Shown here: positions 39,101-49,138 of the stretch, piece by piece
Layout of the letters: each line of letters begins with the position of its first letter
Position numbering within the stretch: the first letter of the stretch is position 1
Source of the DNA: Leptolyngbyaceae cyanobacterium
GTDB taxonomy: Bacteria; Cyanobacteriota; Cyanobacteriia; Phormidesmidales; Phormidesmidaceae
DNA length: 64,000 bases
Direction: 5' to 3'
NCBI GenBank assembly: GCA_965263355.1
Contig: CBDHHL010000056.1
Location: forward strand, 512,001 to 576,000
Translations under genes and position numbers: made by a program
The notes under the pieces: generated by a model
Database searches by the model: none
What the model saw: the letters and a program-made list of their open reading frames with translations, nothing else
What the model was told of the DNA's origin: nothing

Positions 39101-40579
39101 ACAATGCTGCAAATGGCTTTTCACATAGGCAATTAACCGGTTACTACCCAGACTATCTGTTTGTGCTATAACAACAGCCTCTTGGACATCAGGATGCTGT
39201 GCTAAAAGAGTTTCAATTTCTTGTAATTCAACTCGAAAGCCTCGAATTTTAATTTGATTATCGGCACGCCCCAAAAATTCTAACTGGCCATCGTCACGAT
39301 AGCGAGCTAAATCACCCGTTTTATAGAGCCGGATAGCTTGTGTCTCTCCGTCTAAAGCAGTTACTAAAAACTTATTGGCTGTGAGATCAGCACGGTTTAG
39401 ATAGCCTGCTGCCAGGCTTCGTCCACTGAGATATAGGTCCCCTGAATTTCCCTGAGGGACTGGTTTCATACGCTCATCAAGAATATGGGCCTGAATATTG
39501 TTCAGGGGTTGTCCAATGGGAATACTTTCTCCGTGATTAAGCTTGATGGCATAGGGACCTGCTAGGTGACAATATGTAGCAACAACAGTACTTTCTGTTG
39601 GGCCATAGGTGTTTACCAACTGTACTTTAGGACTAACAAATCGTTGCCAGATAGTTACCCATTGGGGGAGTGCTCGCTCCCCACCAATAATGGTGAGTCG
39701 AATGGTTGAGGCTAAACCTAGGGTTTCTAGGGAGGCACACAATTGATGCCAAAAGGCAGTGGGTAAATCTAAAACAGTTATCTGTAACGTGTTGCATGCG
39801 TCAAGAAAGTCTGGCATTGACTTGAGCATGTTTTCATCACGGAGCACCAATGTAGCCCCTTGGGTAAGCGTTAGAAAGATTTCCTCAATGGCGGCATCAA
39901 AGCTAATTGATGAAAATTGCAATACGCGATCGCATGCGACAACACTATAGGCCTGGTTGGCTGAATGCACAAAATTTGACAACGCCCTCTGGTCTACCAT
40001 GACACCTTTAGGTTTACCTGTTGAACCAGACGTATAAATGACGTAAGCCAAATGGTCTAAAGTAGGCAACGATATGGGGTTATGGTCTGGCTGTTGGGTA
40101 ATAAGGGGCCAATCGGTTTCCAGGCAAATCAGTTTTGCTTTATGGGTTGGGAGAGCTGAAGCTAGAAATTGTTGCGTAAGTAACAATGAGACTTGAGAAT
40201 CTTCTAACATCCAGTCAAGACGCTCTGAAGGATAGCCAGGGTCCAAAGGAACATAGGCTCCACCTGCTTTCAGGATAGCTAATACCCCCACAATCATTTG
40301 AAAGGAGCGTTCAAGGCATAGACCGACCAATACGTCTGGACCGACACCTTGCTCACGTAAATAATGAGCAAGCTGATTTGCATAGGCATTTAATGTTTGA
40401 TAGCTCCAACATTGCCCCATAAACTCAATTGCCGGGGCTGTAGGCCGTTGCAGAACCTGAGATTCAAATAATCTACAGACAGATGCTGGGTTCTCAGCAG
40501 AAACAGTCAGGAGACAATCCCTAAAGTTGGTAAAAACCATGTATTGATTTCCCTCAAATACTGATAGCAGGTTTGACAA
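36173..40579 (-). CDS. Stand-alone single-module NRPS: adenylation domain with embedded methyltransferase, PCP, thioester reductase
   Basis: A motifs YTSGSTGKPKG, NTYGPTE, YKTGD, GRADNQIKIRGFRVE, NGKIDR. MT VLELGCGTG, PCP GGDSL, R LTGATGFIG and YAQSK. No condensation domain. Start may be ATG 40540. Confidence 0.93.
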   Translation of the reverse strand: MSNLLSVFEGNQYMVFTNFRDCLLTVSAENPASVCRLFESQVLQRPTAPAIEFMGQCWSYQTLNAYANQLAHYLREQGVGPDVLVGLCLERSFQMIVGVLAILKAGGAYVPLDPGYPSERLDWMLEDSQVSLLLTQQFLASALPTHKAKLICLETDWPLITQQPDHNPISLPTLDHLAYVIYTSGSTGKPKGVMVDQRALSNFVHSANQAYSVVACDRVLQFSSISFDAAIEEIFLTLTQGATLVLRDENMLKSMPDFLDACNTLQITVLDLPTAFWHQLCASLETLGLASTIRLTIIGGERALPQWVTIWQRFVSPKVQLVNTYGPTESTVVATYCHLAGPYAIKLNHGESIPIGQPLNNIQAHILDERMKPVPQGNSGDLYLSGRSLAAGYLNRADLTANKFLVTALDGETQAIRLYKTGDLARYRDDGQLEFLGRADNQIKIRGFRVELQEIETLLAQHPDVQEAVVIAQTDSLGSNRLIAYVKSHLQHCMSDQSSCPNTTADRSIRDQLEQEQINQWQAIHNDDHLNTVNTEWDDTFNISGWISSYTGELLPDIEMQEWVSTTVERILQLKPERVLELGCGTGLLLFQVVSHCKSYIGTDISDVSLDHIKKQLAKTPELAPRVTLKNRAADNFENIAPASYDTVILNSVLQYFPSIDYLVSVIEQAVRLIKPGGSLFIGDIRNYLLQEAFAAAIELANADDDLPITELWQRIQKRIYQEEELTIDPSFFLALQKHLPQISQVQILLKQSQFHNELSQFRYDVVLHVGSTPQSILETRWLDWQPHYADFSELRQRLKNSSTKVFGFRNIPNARVLPHVSVVDVRKQIQLSGNVANLKDYLRQTKNIVGVDPEALKQLATELSYDVTISWPSLANNGSFNALFKPQATGVDYKLGSIEPLPAPIPPPSCQVWHTYANNPLQAKIAHTLSTQLRTYTMQKLPKYMVPATFVLLDSFPLNANGKIDRQALPIPDSSRPELSALFVAPETAQEEKLASIWADVLNISPIGINDSFFELGGDSLRVMQLMSQIERSFKVILNFTDFFKQPTIADLSKQLVGKQLKHDRKPSTITEYMSLSELETEASLNLISSAASYNHWSKPVSHWTNPKAILLTGATGFIGTSLLHTLLQHTDATVYCLVRAQTLTEGYQRLRQSLQQNLPNVDIPYSRIKPLIGNIARPLLGLEREQFKHLANTIDVIYHSAASVNLFYPYGALKAANVLGTQSILKLASYDRLKPVHYISTLDVFESLLTMGPSVIYESDNIAQGSGIVGGYAQSKWVAEQLITRAISAGIPACIYRPGMVTGHTQTGICNSTDLMSRFLNSVIALESAPDLDWIIDMTPVDYVSRAIVHLSLQTESLNQAFHLVNPYPYPLDKLVHQLNNVGYAVRQVSYEHWQTKLNKMQNALSPLAKILTEVVHGHSLTRLEIWLAGTQMFDCQNTLKGLNQSNITCPTIDSCLLAKYLDNIS

Positions 40580-41439
40580 CCTGGACTTTTAAGAGCTGAA
40601 CACAGGGATACACCATCAGGCCATACTCTCGGACCTGAATAATGCCACTAAAGCACAAGACTCTGATTTAACAGAGAAAGGGAAGAAAAAAATGTCTTAT
40701 AAAATCATTGGTTGTGATACGACTTATGATGAACTAGGAAGATTTTGATCCCAACAGGAGATTACATTCACAGGCTGACGAGCTAGCTAGCTAGCTAACT
40801 TCATACCATAGAGGGATATTATAAGCTTCTCTATCTCTCATATTTTTTTGATACCCATAGTCATGGCAAATGGTAAACGTGTTATTTCAAAGCAAACGTT
40901 GACATGTGCTAGATATCAATACGCGACGATAATCTGCATTGATAAGCCGACTGGATCACTGGATCAAAAATAACCAATCATAAATCATCTGCTATTTCAG
41001 ATGATTCAGTAAAAACAAAAACATGAAGTTTCTCTCACTGATCTTGTTTTACGCTTTATTTCCCCTTGATAAAAACCGTATTTGGGATTTTACGTTGTAG
41101 TAAAAGTTACAGTGATTTGATTATCGCGTTTTTTCTTTTATGAATTTTTTATAGAAAACTTAGTTTTTAAGGGCTATGACATTGGTTCATACCTATGAAT
41201 ACTTAGATATTTTTTTTAGAAATTTTGTTGTATTATGCAGATTTTTATCCATATGGGTACCAAAACGTAAAAGTATGACTTTGAGAACAGCTTTGCAATG
41301 AATTGATAATCCGTCTTTAAATATTTTCTTAGTATTTTTCATGTTTTCTCAGTATTTTCTCAGTTAGCATCTGGAAATTCGGTTTTATCTAGCCATGCTG
41401 GCGACGTCCACCTATAGTTTTAGTCTCTGATGTTCTCGC

Positions 41440-41469
41440 TATGGGCGAGATGTGGACATCTCGCCCATA
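41440..41469. repeat. Perfect palindrome, REP-like
   Basis: TATGGGCGAGATGT-GG-ACATCTCGCCCATA, 14-bp arms. Confidence 0.65.
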
Positions 41470-41943
41470 AACCTGAAGTGAGCATTTTGGCACTCTAAAA
41501 AAGCAGATGTAAAACTAACATCTGTGAATATTCCCGACTCCCTGATGCCACCAAACTACACTTAGCCCAACTGGAAAAGGTTGTCGTTCTCAATCTAGAA
41601 TTCGATAGGCCTTTTCTTTAATGGCTGCTCTGTCTTTCTTGGTTTTTATGTTTACACTTTTTCTTGCTTCGTAATGTTACTACCAGGAGAGAATGAAATT
41701 CTTTGTCTACTGGAAAACAAAGGAATGAATCTTAAGAAACGTTGTTATGCTTTACTGGTATTTATACTTACTTCTGAAGTACGCACTGAGTATTTAAACC
41801 TTGTCCACCTCCAGAACTGCAGTTTTGCCGTAGAGGTAACTCCAGGTTGAACCTTGGACGTGGCTTAAGTACCTAAATTAAGGCAGGCTCTACGCCATTT
41901 GTATCGGTCATCTTGGCAGTTTTCTGCAAGGTAGCATTCATTT

Positions 41944-41991
41944 AAAAAACTAGGCCATTGACTCCGCAGACTAAGGAGAGCAATGGCCTAG
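41944..41991 (-). terminator. Intrinsic terminator of the CHRD gene
   Basis: CTAGGCCATTG...CAATGGCCTAG stem followed by T6 on the minus strand. Confidence 0.65.
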
Positions 41992-42021
41992 GCTAAGTAG
42001 ATTAGTGTTGCATTCCCATGA

Positions 42022-45000
42022 CTACACGATGTTGGTAAAGCTACTTTCTGTTAGGTTTTCTGTAGCTACCCCCTGCAATGTTGCTAAGACGCCATTGTCA
42101 ACAATGATGTCATTGCCAGCAAAGGTGAGCTGATTAAAGCTGAGACCACTGGACAAACTAATTAGATCGATACCCACCTTAAAGTCGGTAATAGTATCGA
42201 TACCGCTACCTACCATCAGGACAAAGGTGTTATAGCCCTGACCACCAGCAAGAACATCATTGCCAGCCCCACCGTCTAGGACGTCGTTCCCCGTCCCGCC
42301 AATCAACATATCGGTACCGATACCGCCTTTTAAGGTGTCGTTACCAATGCCCCCTTGGAGGAAGTCGTCGCCACTGTTGCCAAACAGCAAGTCGTCGCCC
42401 ATGCCACCCTTGACAGTGTCATGATCACCACCTCCCTTGAGGGTATCCTGACCCTGGCCACCAAACACCTTGTCGTTGCCAGTGCCTCCCTTAAGCTGAT
42501 CGTTACCGACACCCCCATCCAGGTCGTCGTTACCGTCTCCACCGTTGAGGATGTCGTTACCAATGCCCCCCTGGAGAAAGTCGTCGCCACTGTGACCAAA
42601 AAGTCGGTCGTCGCCCATGCCGCCCTTAACGGTGTCATCGCCACTACCCCCTCTAAGGGTGTCCTGACCCTGACCGCCAAACAACGTGTCGTTATCAGCA
42701 TTTCCTCGAAGCAGATCATTACCGGCACCACTATCTAAATTGTCGTTACCGTCTCCACCTCTTAAGGTGTCGTCACCAACACCATCTTTGAGAACATCGT
42801 CGCCCGTGCTACCCACAAGCAGGTCATTGCCGGGGCCACCCCTTAAGGTGTCATTGCCACCCTGACCGTGAATAATTTGGTCACCTGGGCCACCCACAAT
42901 GGTGTCGTCAGCATTAGTCCCCATAATGGTTTCTGCTGCCTCAAACAGCGGTATTACCTGGCCACGAATTGCACCGGGCGTCTTCAGTGCATCAGACTCG
43001 ACAGTGTGAATCTGAATGTAGAGTTCACCGGCTTGCAGTTCGTCAAGAAAGTCGCTGAGGGGCTTTGTTTCAGGATCGTCATCGGTATCGCCGTCGCCAT
43101 TCAGGTCAGTGGCATCGGCATCATTCCAGATACCGGTGATAATGCCGTTCTCAAAGTCAACAACAAGATTGTCGTCATCCTCACTGGGTAAGCCAAAAAT
43201 ATTTAAGGTATGGGGTCCATTTTCACCTTCGGGCCCCAAGTGTAAATGAATGCGCGTGACATCATTGGCTTCGGTGCGGCTGGCACTATCTTCCTTGAGG
43301 GCTAACCCTTCAAGCTTAATCTGATAGGCTAGGCCGCTGCCATCTTCTGCCAAGATAAATGTAGCGGTTGCACCTGCAGTGGAGTCAGGAATAGCGTCAT
43401 CTTGAACAACCTGTTCACCATCGGCTACCAGGGTAAACACGTCTGCTTTTAGGGGTGGCTCAATCTGACCACGAACACCACCAAGGATGCCTAATCTATC
43501 AGATTTCGCATCGTGGATTTGAACATAGAGGTCACCTGCCTCTAGCTCATCTAAAAAGTCGCTAAAGGCCTTAGATTCAGGACCATCATTGGTGTCACCG
43601 TCGCCGTTCAGGTCAGTGGCATCATCATCATCCCAAAAACCTTTGAGAATACCGTTCTCAAAGTCAACTTCAAGATCGTTGTCATCTTCACTGGGAAGAC
43701 CAAAGATATTTAAGGTATGGGGACCATTTTCACCCACAGGCCCGCTATGGATATGAATCTTGGTGACATCATTGTCCTCAGTACGGCTGGTCGGATCTGC
43801 TTTGAGGGTTAAACCATCAATGTCGATCTCATAGGCCAGGCCGTCTTTAGTGCGCGTAAAGCTAGCCTTGGCAGTGGCGGTCGAATCAGGAATAGAGTCA
43901 TCTTGAACAACCTGTTCACCATCGCCCACTAGCGTAAAGTTATCCACTTCGTCGATGGGGATAATCTGACCACGGGCACTGCCTGGGGTACCCAGTCGGT
44001 CGGATTCAACATCGTGGATTTGGATATAAAGATCACCGGCCCGCAAAGCTTCCAGAAACTCATTGAGGGGTTTGGATTCGGGACCGTCAGCGGTATCGCC
44101 ATCACCGTTGAGGTCTCTGGCATCATCGTTGTCCCACTGACCGGTAATGATCCCGTTCTCATAGTCCACTATGAGATTGTTGTCATCTTCGCTAGGCAGG
44201 CCAAAAATATTCAGGGTGTGGGGACCATTGGCACCGCGTTCACCGGCATGGATGTGAATACGAGTGACATCGTTGTCTGCGGTCCGATCGTCGGGGTTTT
44301 CCTTGAGGGTGAGATCATTGAGTTTGATTTGGTAGGCCAAGCCGCTGCCGTCTTCTGCCAGAATAAAGGTGACGGTAGCTGTGGCATCACTATCGGCAAT
44401 GGCTGGATCTTGAACGACTTGGGGACCGTTTGCGATCGCAACAAAAACCTCCTGCGTCGACGCCATTGGTTTAGTCACCGATGGATCCAGCTGGCCCCGC
44501 ACAGTACCGGGAGTACCGAGCTGATCGGTAGCCACATCATGGAGCTGCAGATAAAGCTGCCGCGCTTTTAACTCATCAATCAGCTGGCTTAATGGTTTAG
44601 TCTCGGGCGGATCATCGGTATCGCCATCCCCAGTTAGATCAACGGCATCATCATCTCCCCAGACACCAACAATCACGTTCTGTTGATGGTCAACCAACAA
44701 ATTATTGTCATCTTCGCTAGGAAGACCAAAGATATTCAGGGCGTGGGGACCGTTTAGACCTTCGGCCCCCTGATGTAGGTGAATCTTAGTAACATCATTA
44801 TCTGCCGTGCGCTTGGCAGGGTCCGCTTCCAGATTTAGGCCATCCAGTTCGATTTGATAGGCCAGCAGTTCCCCATGCTTAAGGGGCGTAAATGTCGCTT
44901 TTGCTGTAGCCGTGGAGTCAGGAATAGACGACGGTTGAACTACCTTGTCACCTTCAGCTAGCAGGGTAAAACTGTTGTCAGATTTGAGGGGCGTAATCTG

Positions 45001-45537
45001 TCCCCTAACTACACCGGGGGTACCCAGCTGGTCCGATGCCACATCGTGTACCTGGATGTAGAGTTCGCCTGCGTCTAAGGCGTCAAGAAATTCGCTTAAG
45101 GGTTTGGATTCAGGGTCATCATTGGTGTCACCATCGCCATTGAGATCCTTGGCATCCCGATCTTGCCAGATACCTGTGATGATGTTGTTTTCATAATCAA
45201 CGACCAAATCGTCGTCATCTTCACTAGGCTTACCAAAAATATTCAGGGTATGGCCACCATTAGTGCCGGGAGCCCCGACATGGAAATGAATCTTAGTAAC
45301 GTCGTTGGCTTCGGTGCGGCTAAGGGGATCTGCCTTAAGATTCAAACCATTGAGTTGGATTTTATAAGCTAACCCGCTATTATCTTCCGCCATAAGCAGT
45401 GTGACGATGGCAGTAGCGGTGGAATCAGTGATGGTTTCATCTTGCACCACCTGCTCCCCATCAGCTAGTGCAAGAAAGGCAGGTGTGGATTTATCTATTC
45501 CTGAAGGAGCTAGGCGATCAGTCATGGGTTCTAACAA
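42022..45537 (-). CDS. Five tandem CHRD-like domains plus RTX calcium-binding repeats
   Basis: Five ~172-aa repeats (VTxIHxHxG..G.NG.H...G.LYIQxH...G..RGQ), then GGxGxDxLx nonapeptides and a DxITDF C-terminus typical of type I secretion substrates. Confidence 0.85.
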   Translation of the reverse strand: MLEPMTDRLAPSGIDKSTPAFLALADGEQVVQDETITDSTATAIVTLLMAEDNSGLAYKIQLNGLNLKADPLSRTEANDVTKIHFHVGAPGTNGGHTLNIFGKPSEDDDDLVVDYENNIITGIWQDRDAKDLNGDGDTNDDPESKPLSEFLDALDAGELYIQVHDVASDQLGTPGVVRGQITPLKSDNSFTLLAEGDKVVQPSSIPDSTATAKATFTPLKHGELLAYQIELDGLNLEADPAKRTADNDVTKIHLHQGAEGLNGPHALNIFGLPSEDDNNLLVDHQQNVIVGVWGDDDAVDLTGDGDTDDPPETKPLSQLIDELKARQLYLQLHDVATDQLGTPGTVRGQLDPSVTKPMASTQEVFVAIANGPQVVQDPAIADSDATATVTFILAEDGSGLAYQIKLNDLTLKENPDDRTADNDVTRIHIHAGERGANGPHTLNIFGLPSEDDNNLIVDYENGIITGQWDNDDARDLNGDGDTADGPESKPLNEFLEALRAGDLYIQIHDVESDRLGTPGSARGQIIPIDEVDNFTLVGDGEQVVQDDSIPDSTATAKASFTRTKDGLAYEIDIDGLTLKADPTSRTEDNDVTKIHIHSGPVGENGPHTLNIFGLPSEDDNDLEVDFENGILKGFWDDDDATDLNGDGDTNDGPESKAFSDFLDELEAGDLYVQIHDAKSDRLGILGGVRGQIEPPLKADVFTLVADGEQVVQDDAIPDSTAGATATFILAEDGSGLAYQIKLEGLALKEDSASRTEANDVTRIHLHLGPEGENGPHTLNIFGLPSEDDDNLVVDFENGIITGIWNDADATDLNGDGDTDDDPETKPLSDFLDELQAGELYIQIHTVESDALKTPGAIRGQVIPLFEAAETIMGTNADDTIVGGPGDQIIHGQGGNDTLRGGPGNDLLVGSTGDDVLKDGVGDDTLRGGDGNDNLDSGAGNDLLRGNADNDTLFGGQGQDTLRGGSGDDTVKGGMGDDRLFGHSGDDFLQGGIGNDILNGGDGNDDLDGGVGNDQLKGGTGNDKVFGGQGQDTLKGGGDHDTVKGGMGDDLLFGNSGDDFLQGGIGNDTLKGGIGTDMLIGGTGNDVLDGGAGNDVLAGGQGYNTFVLMVGSGIDTITDFKVGIDLISLSSGLSFNQLTFAGNDIIVDNGVLATLQGVATENLTESSFTNIV

Positions 45538-45797
45538 CTTATTGGGTGGTTCCTACGTGAAAATTCTGACCCTAGATAAGACTCTAGCTAAATTAACGGG
45601 CAGAAATATCAAGGGGATATCAAATTCAAGCAGGCAAAATAAAATAAGTTATGAAGTCTAGGCTATGGATAACCCTTAACGGGTGAGGGCTTCCTGAGTT
45701 TCACTTAGTATCATTTATCGACTGAAATCAAGATAGAGATGACTATGTGGGGACCATCCTCTATTCAGATAAACGTTATGTCATGTGCTACACATTG

Positions 45798-46355
45798 TTA
45801 TGCTGCGACTTTTTGTGCTAATTCGAGAATTTTATTAGCAGAGCGTAAGTTCCGAGCTGTAGCACTTACACCAAGCACCTTTTCAACACTACGGGCTAAC
45901 TTAGATCGGGCCACTCCATTGGGAGCATAAAGGTAGAACGTGTTGCCCACTAACTTACACACCTCTGATTCATGGGCAAGTGCTGCGGCTGCCTCGATTT
46001 TTTGTTCTTCAGGTTCATGGGCCAGGAAATACAAATGAACCGATTTAGGATCATCAGCATGGGAATCAAATGGATTGTTGCTAATGGCCAAGTTCAATTG
46101 ATTAACGTTCAGAATGTGGACACTAGGGGTAAACCCATGGCTTTGCTCAATGGCCGCACTGATAGCAGATGAGAGTTTATCTTTGTCCACGGCCTCAGAT
46201 TGAAAAACAACATTGCCGCTCTGAATATAGGTTTGAATCTGCTTGAGACCAATTTGTGACAAAACGTCTCGCAGATCTTTCATTGCGATAACATTCTTTC
46301 CACCCACATTGATGCCACGCAGTAGTGCCACAAAGGTAGTTAAACCCATACTCAC
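45798..46355 (-). CDS. DUF1697 family protein
   Basis: ALLRGINVGG, TYIQSGNVVF, NPF and TARN motifs. Confidence 0.9.
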   Translation of the reverse strand: MSMGLTTFVALLRGINVGGKNVIAMKDLRDVLSQIGLKQIQTYIQSGNVVFQSEAVDKDKLSSAISAAIEQSHGFTPSVHILNVNQLNLAISNNPFDSHADDPKSVHLYFLAHEPEEQKIEAAAALAHESEVCKLVGNTFYLYAPNGVARSKLARSVEKVLGVSATARNLRSANKILELAQKVAA

Positions 46356-46526
46356 ACCAAGTCTCCAGCTTATTTTGAGGGGGCATGGAGCATCACTATA
46401 GCATCATTTAATTTTTCGGCGACAATGCCCTTGATGCACTTCTAGCACAGACAAAAAAGCCACCCGGTCAAGATAGCATTGTTAAATTTTCTCTATTAGA
46501 TATGTAACACAGTATCTTGTATAATA

Positions 46527-46727
46527 ATGAGCTTAAAAACACAACCCAACGATACCAATGTTGGCCAGTTTATCCAGTCAGTAGAAAAATGAGCAGCGTC
46601 GTAGCGACTGCTTGGCCCTATTGCCGATTGTGCAGCGTATTACCCAAAAGAGCCCATAATGTGGGGAGATAACATTATTGGGTTTGACAGCTACCATTAC
46701 GAAAATAGAAGTGGACGGGGCGGGGAG
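46527..46727 (+). pseudogene. DUF1801 (YdhG-like) relic with two frameshifts, truncated
   Basis: MSLKTQPNDTNVGQFIQSVE / NEQRRSDCLALL...ITQ / EPIMWGDNIIGFDSYHYENRSGRGGE, read across two shifts in A-runs. Confidence 0.75.
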
Positions 46728-46751
46728 ACGCGCTCAGTTATCCCTCCATTA

Positions 46752-47498
46752 CTAGAACTTGCCGCCATTTACCCATTCCTGCTTTGGAGGGATAGGCTCT
46801 TGATTGGCCCATAGCTCTTCAATCTGTCCGTTTTGTAAGCGGAAAAGGTCAAACCGTGCGATTTCCTGATCGTCTTGTAATATTCGGCTATAGGCAACGA
46901 CAAAATTACCCTGTCCAATAATTTTAAAGACCTGGTTATAAGCCCCCACGTATTCATCCAAGGAACCAGCATCCGATGAGCAATGAATCACTAGTGCATC
47001 ACGGTTGAGGTAAGACTCTAGCTTATCTTTTTGACCTAAAACCATCACGTTACACATGAAATCACGAATGATCTCTTTATTCTCATCGGTTGCATCAATA
47101 TCCTGGACTTCGACTGGGCCATTAATTTGATCATGGTCAGCATCAGCCTCAGACTCAAATGCTGAGATTACGTCCCAATGTTCAATGATTTTATCGTCCT
47201 GGTCGGTGTCAAATAAATCGGTGGTGACCCACTTTGCTGCGCCGTTATTGATATCTTGAAAGGCCTGTAGAAACACATATTGCCCGTCAATGATTGATCG
47301 AATAATACGGATATCCCTGACGGGATAGCGTTCAAGAAACGATTCAAAGAATTCAATAAATCCTTCAATGCCGTTTTTTACACCCGTACTGTGCTGGGTG
47401 TAGCGTATTCCAGTGTATTTGGTCACGGCCTCACGGGCGTTGCCGTCACGAATACCTTCCATGTAAAGGTTGGTGGCATTTTGCAGTTTTTGGTTCAT
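46752..47498 (-). CDS. Tandem SnoaL/NTF2-like protein
   Basis: YTQH...V.NG.EGF and D.F......IIEHWD motifs, with a second degenerate repeat. Confidence 0.85.
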   Translation of the reverse strand: MNQKLQNATNLYMEGIRDGNAREAVTKYTGIRYTQHSTGVKNGIEGFIEFFESFLERYPVRDIRIIRSIIDGQYVFLQAFQDINNGAAKWVTTDLFDTDQDDKIIEHWDVISAFESEADADHDQINGPVEVQDIDATDENKEIIRDFMCNVMVLGQKDKLESYLNRDALVIHCSSDAGSLDEYVGAYNQVFKIIGQGNFVVAYSRILQDDQEIARFDLFRLQNGQIEELWANQEPIPPKQEWVNGGKF

Positions 47499-47553
47499 TG
47501 GAATTTTCTCGTGGGAAGTTAACGACAGAATTGCGCCGCGATCAAAATCTAGT

Positions 47554-48408
47554 TTAAGACGTTTGCCTTAAACCCATAAAATAATCTTGCCAACGTTGGT
47601 GTGGTCTACCGGCAGCAGCGGCAAAATCACTGGGGTTATCCGCTTCACCGGCTCGAATACCGGCATAAATGCCTGCAATCACAGTACCCAGAAACTCACC
47701 TAACCCGGCCACACAGTCACGTTGATACTCTTCTATCGTCATGGCACGGTAGGTCAATTGAGTGCCAAAGGCTAAATTCAAATACTCAGCTAACGCTGAT
47801 TGGGTAATGGCTTCACCATGCAGATTGTAGGTATTGCCATTGTGCTTGTCCTCAGTCAACATCCTGGCATAGGCATAGGCTAGCTCAGGGCGAGTGGTAT
47901 AGCCGCACTTGCCTGTCCCAGCGCAGTTTACGATCTCTCCTACTTGTTTGTAGGTTTCGATGTAGTCCACATCGGGTTCAATATAGATGCCATTGCGGCC
48001 AATGACCCATTGCAAACCGCTGTTGCGAACATCCTGTTCGGTTTGGCGATTGCTTTGAATAACAGGACTAAAGGTAGTGCCTTCATCAGCACCTTGGACG
48101 CTGGTGTAGACAAGTTTGGTAACGCCTGCGGCTTTGGCGGCTTCAATTACGTTGCGATGTTGGCCGATGCGTTTATCTGGGGCATCCATGCCGGATACCA
48201 ACAGTACCCTGTCTATCCCCTGCAGTGAGACCTCTAGCTCCTCTCGATTGTTATAATCGCCCTTGCGGATCTCTACATTGAGATGAGCGGCTTTAGCCGG
48301 TGTCCGGGCCAGACCGATAACGTTTTCTTTTCCAATTAGGGTGCAAGTGGCTTTAACGATTTCGCTACCTAGTTTTCCACTGGCTGCTGTGATGGCAATT
48401 TTGACCAT
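47554..48408 (-). CDS. NmrA-like / atypical SDR NAD(P)H oxidoreductase
   Basis: IAITAASGKLG, QHRNVIEAAKAAGV and RNG.Y motifs. Confidence 0.88.
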   Translation of the reverse strand: MVKIAITAASGKLGSEIVKATCTLIGKENVIGLARTPAKAAHLNVEIRKGDYNNREELEVSLQGIDRVLLVSGMDAPDKRIGQHRNVIEAAKAAGVTKLVYTSVQGADEGTTFSPVIQSNRQTEQDVRNSGLQWVIGRNGIYIEPDVDYIETYKQVGEIVNCAGTGKCGYTTRPELAYAYARMLTEDKHNGNTYNLHGEAITQSALAEYLNLAFGTQLTYRAMTIEEYQRDCVAGLGEFLGTVIAGIYAGIRAGEADNPSDFAAAAGRPHQRWQDYFMGLRQTS

Positions 48409-48469
48409 AGATGTGTCTTATGTGGGGAATTTACAGACTGCCGAGGGCATTGCCCCCGGCCCTAATAGT

Positions 48470-49138
48470 TCAGATAAAGCGACGTTTGCGAGCAACGGAA
48501 CTAGCAAACATTAGTCCACCCACCAGCAACATAGGAACCGTTGACTGGGGTTCAGGTACGGATTTGGTTGTAAAGTTGATCTTCGCAGTGTCACCCAAAT
48601 TGGTTACGTCAGTGCCTTCGCCAAGTTCTACCAACAGACCGCCATTCTCAAATTCGATGGGGACAGGAATACCGATATCGAAAAGATCAGCGATGTCTAG
48701 GGAAAAACCTGGTTCTAAAACTTCAACATTGGCAAATTCATTTAACTCGTCTGAGCCATCCAGACTGGCTGAGGTAACGATGTTGCTGTCGAATCCGATA
48801 TAGTAGCGATCAAAGCGACCTGCAGGGGAAACTAAACTCGCTACCACACTATTATCCACCAGGGTCATGGTGAGAGAATCATCACTGATATTGATGTCGT
48901 ACAAGGAGGCGAAGGCCGAAAATTCAATATCATCGGCTACAAGCTCAGGGCCTGCAAAGTCGAAAACAGTCTCAATTCCACCTGTAATAACAGAGTCTTG
49001 AAACGTGTTAACAGCTGTTGCTGAATCTCCTAACACAGCTGCTTGAGCTGTCTCTACAGGAAGTACAACGGCCCCTAGGCTAAGGGAAAGTACTGCGATC
49101 GCAACAGCATGAATGCGGTCAAATGTTAAGTCCATCAT
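48470..49138 (-). CDS. PEP-CTERM surface protein
   Basis: Signal peptide ending AQAA, and a C-terminal VPEP-hydrophobic-RKRR. Confidence 0.85.
   Translation of the reverse strand: MMDLTFDRIHAVAIAVLSLSLGAVVLPVETAQAAVLGDSATAVNTFQDSVITGGIETVFDFAGPELVADDIEFSAFASLYDINISDDSLTMTLVDNSVVASLVSPAGRFDRYYIGFDSNIVTSASLDGSDELNEFANVEVLEPGFSLDIADLFDIGIPVPIEFENGGLLVELGEGTDVTNLGDTAKINFTTKSVPEPQSTVPMLLVGGLMFASSVARKRRFI

Noticed and set aside
42330..44571. Alternative-frame ORFs in the CHRD/RTX gene
   Set aside because: By-products of repetitive, codon-biased sequence.
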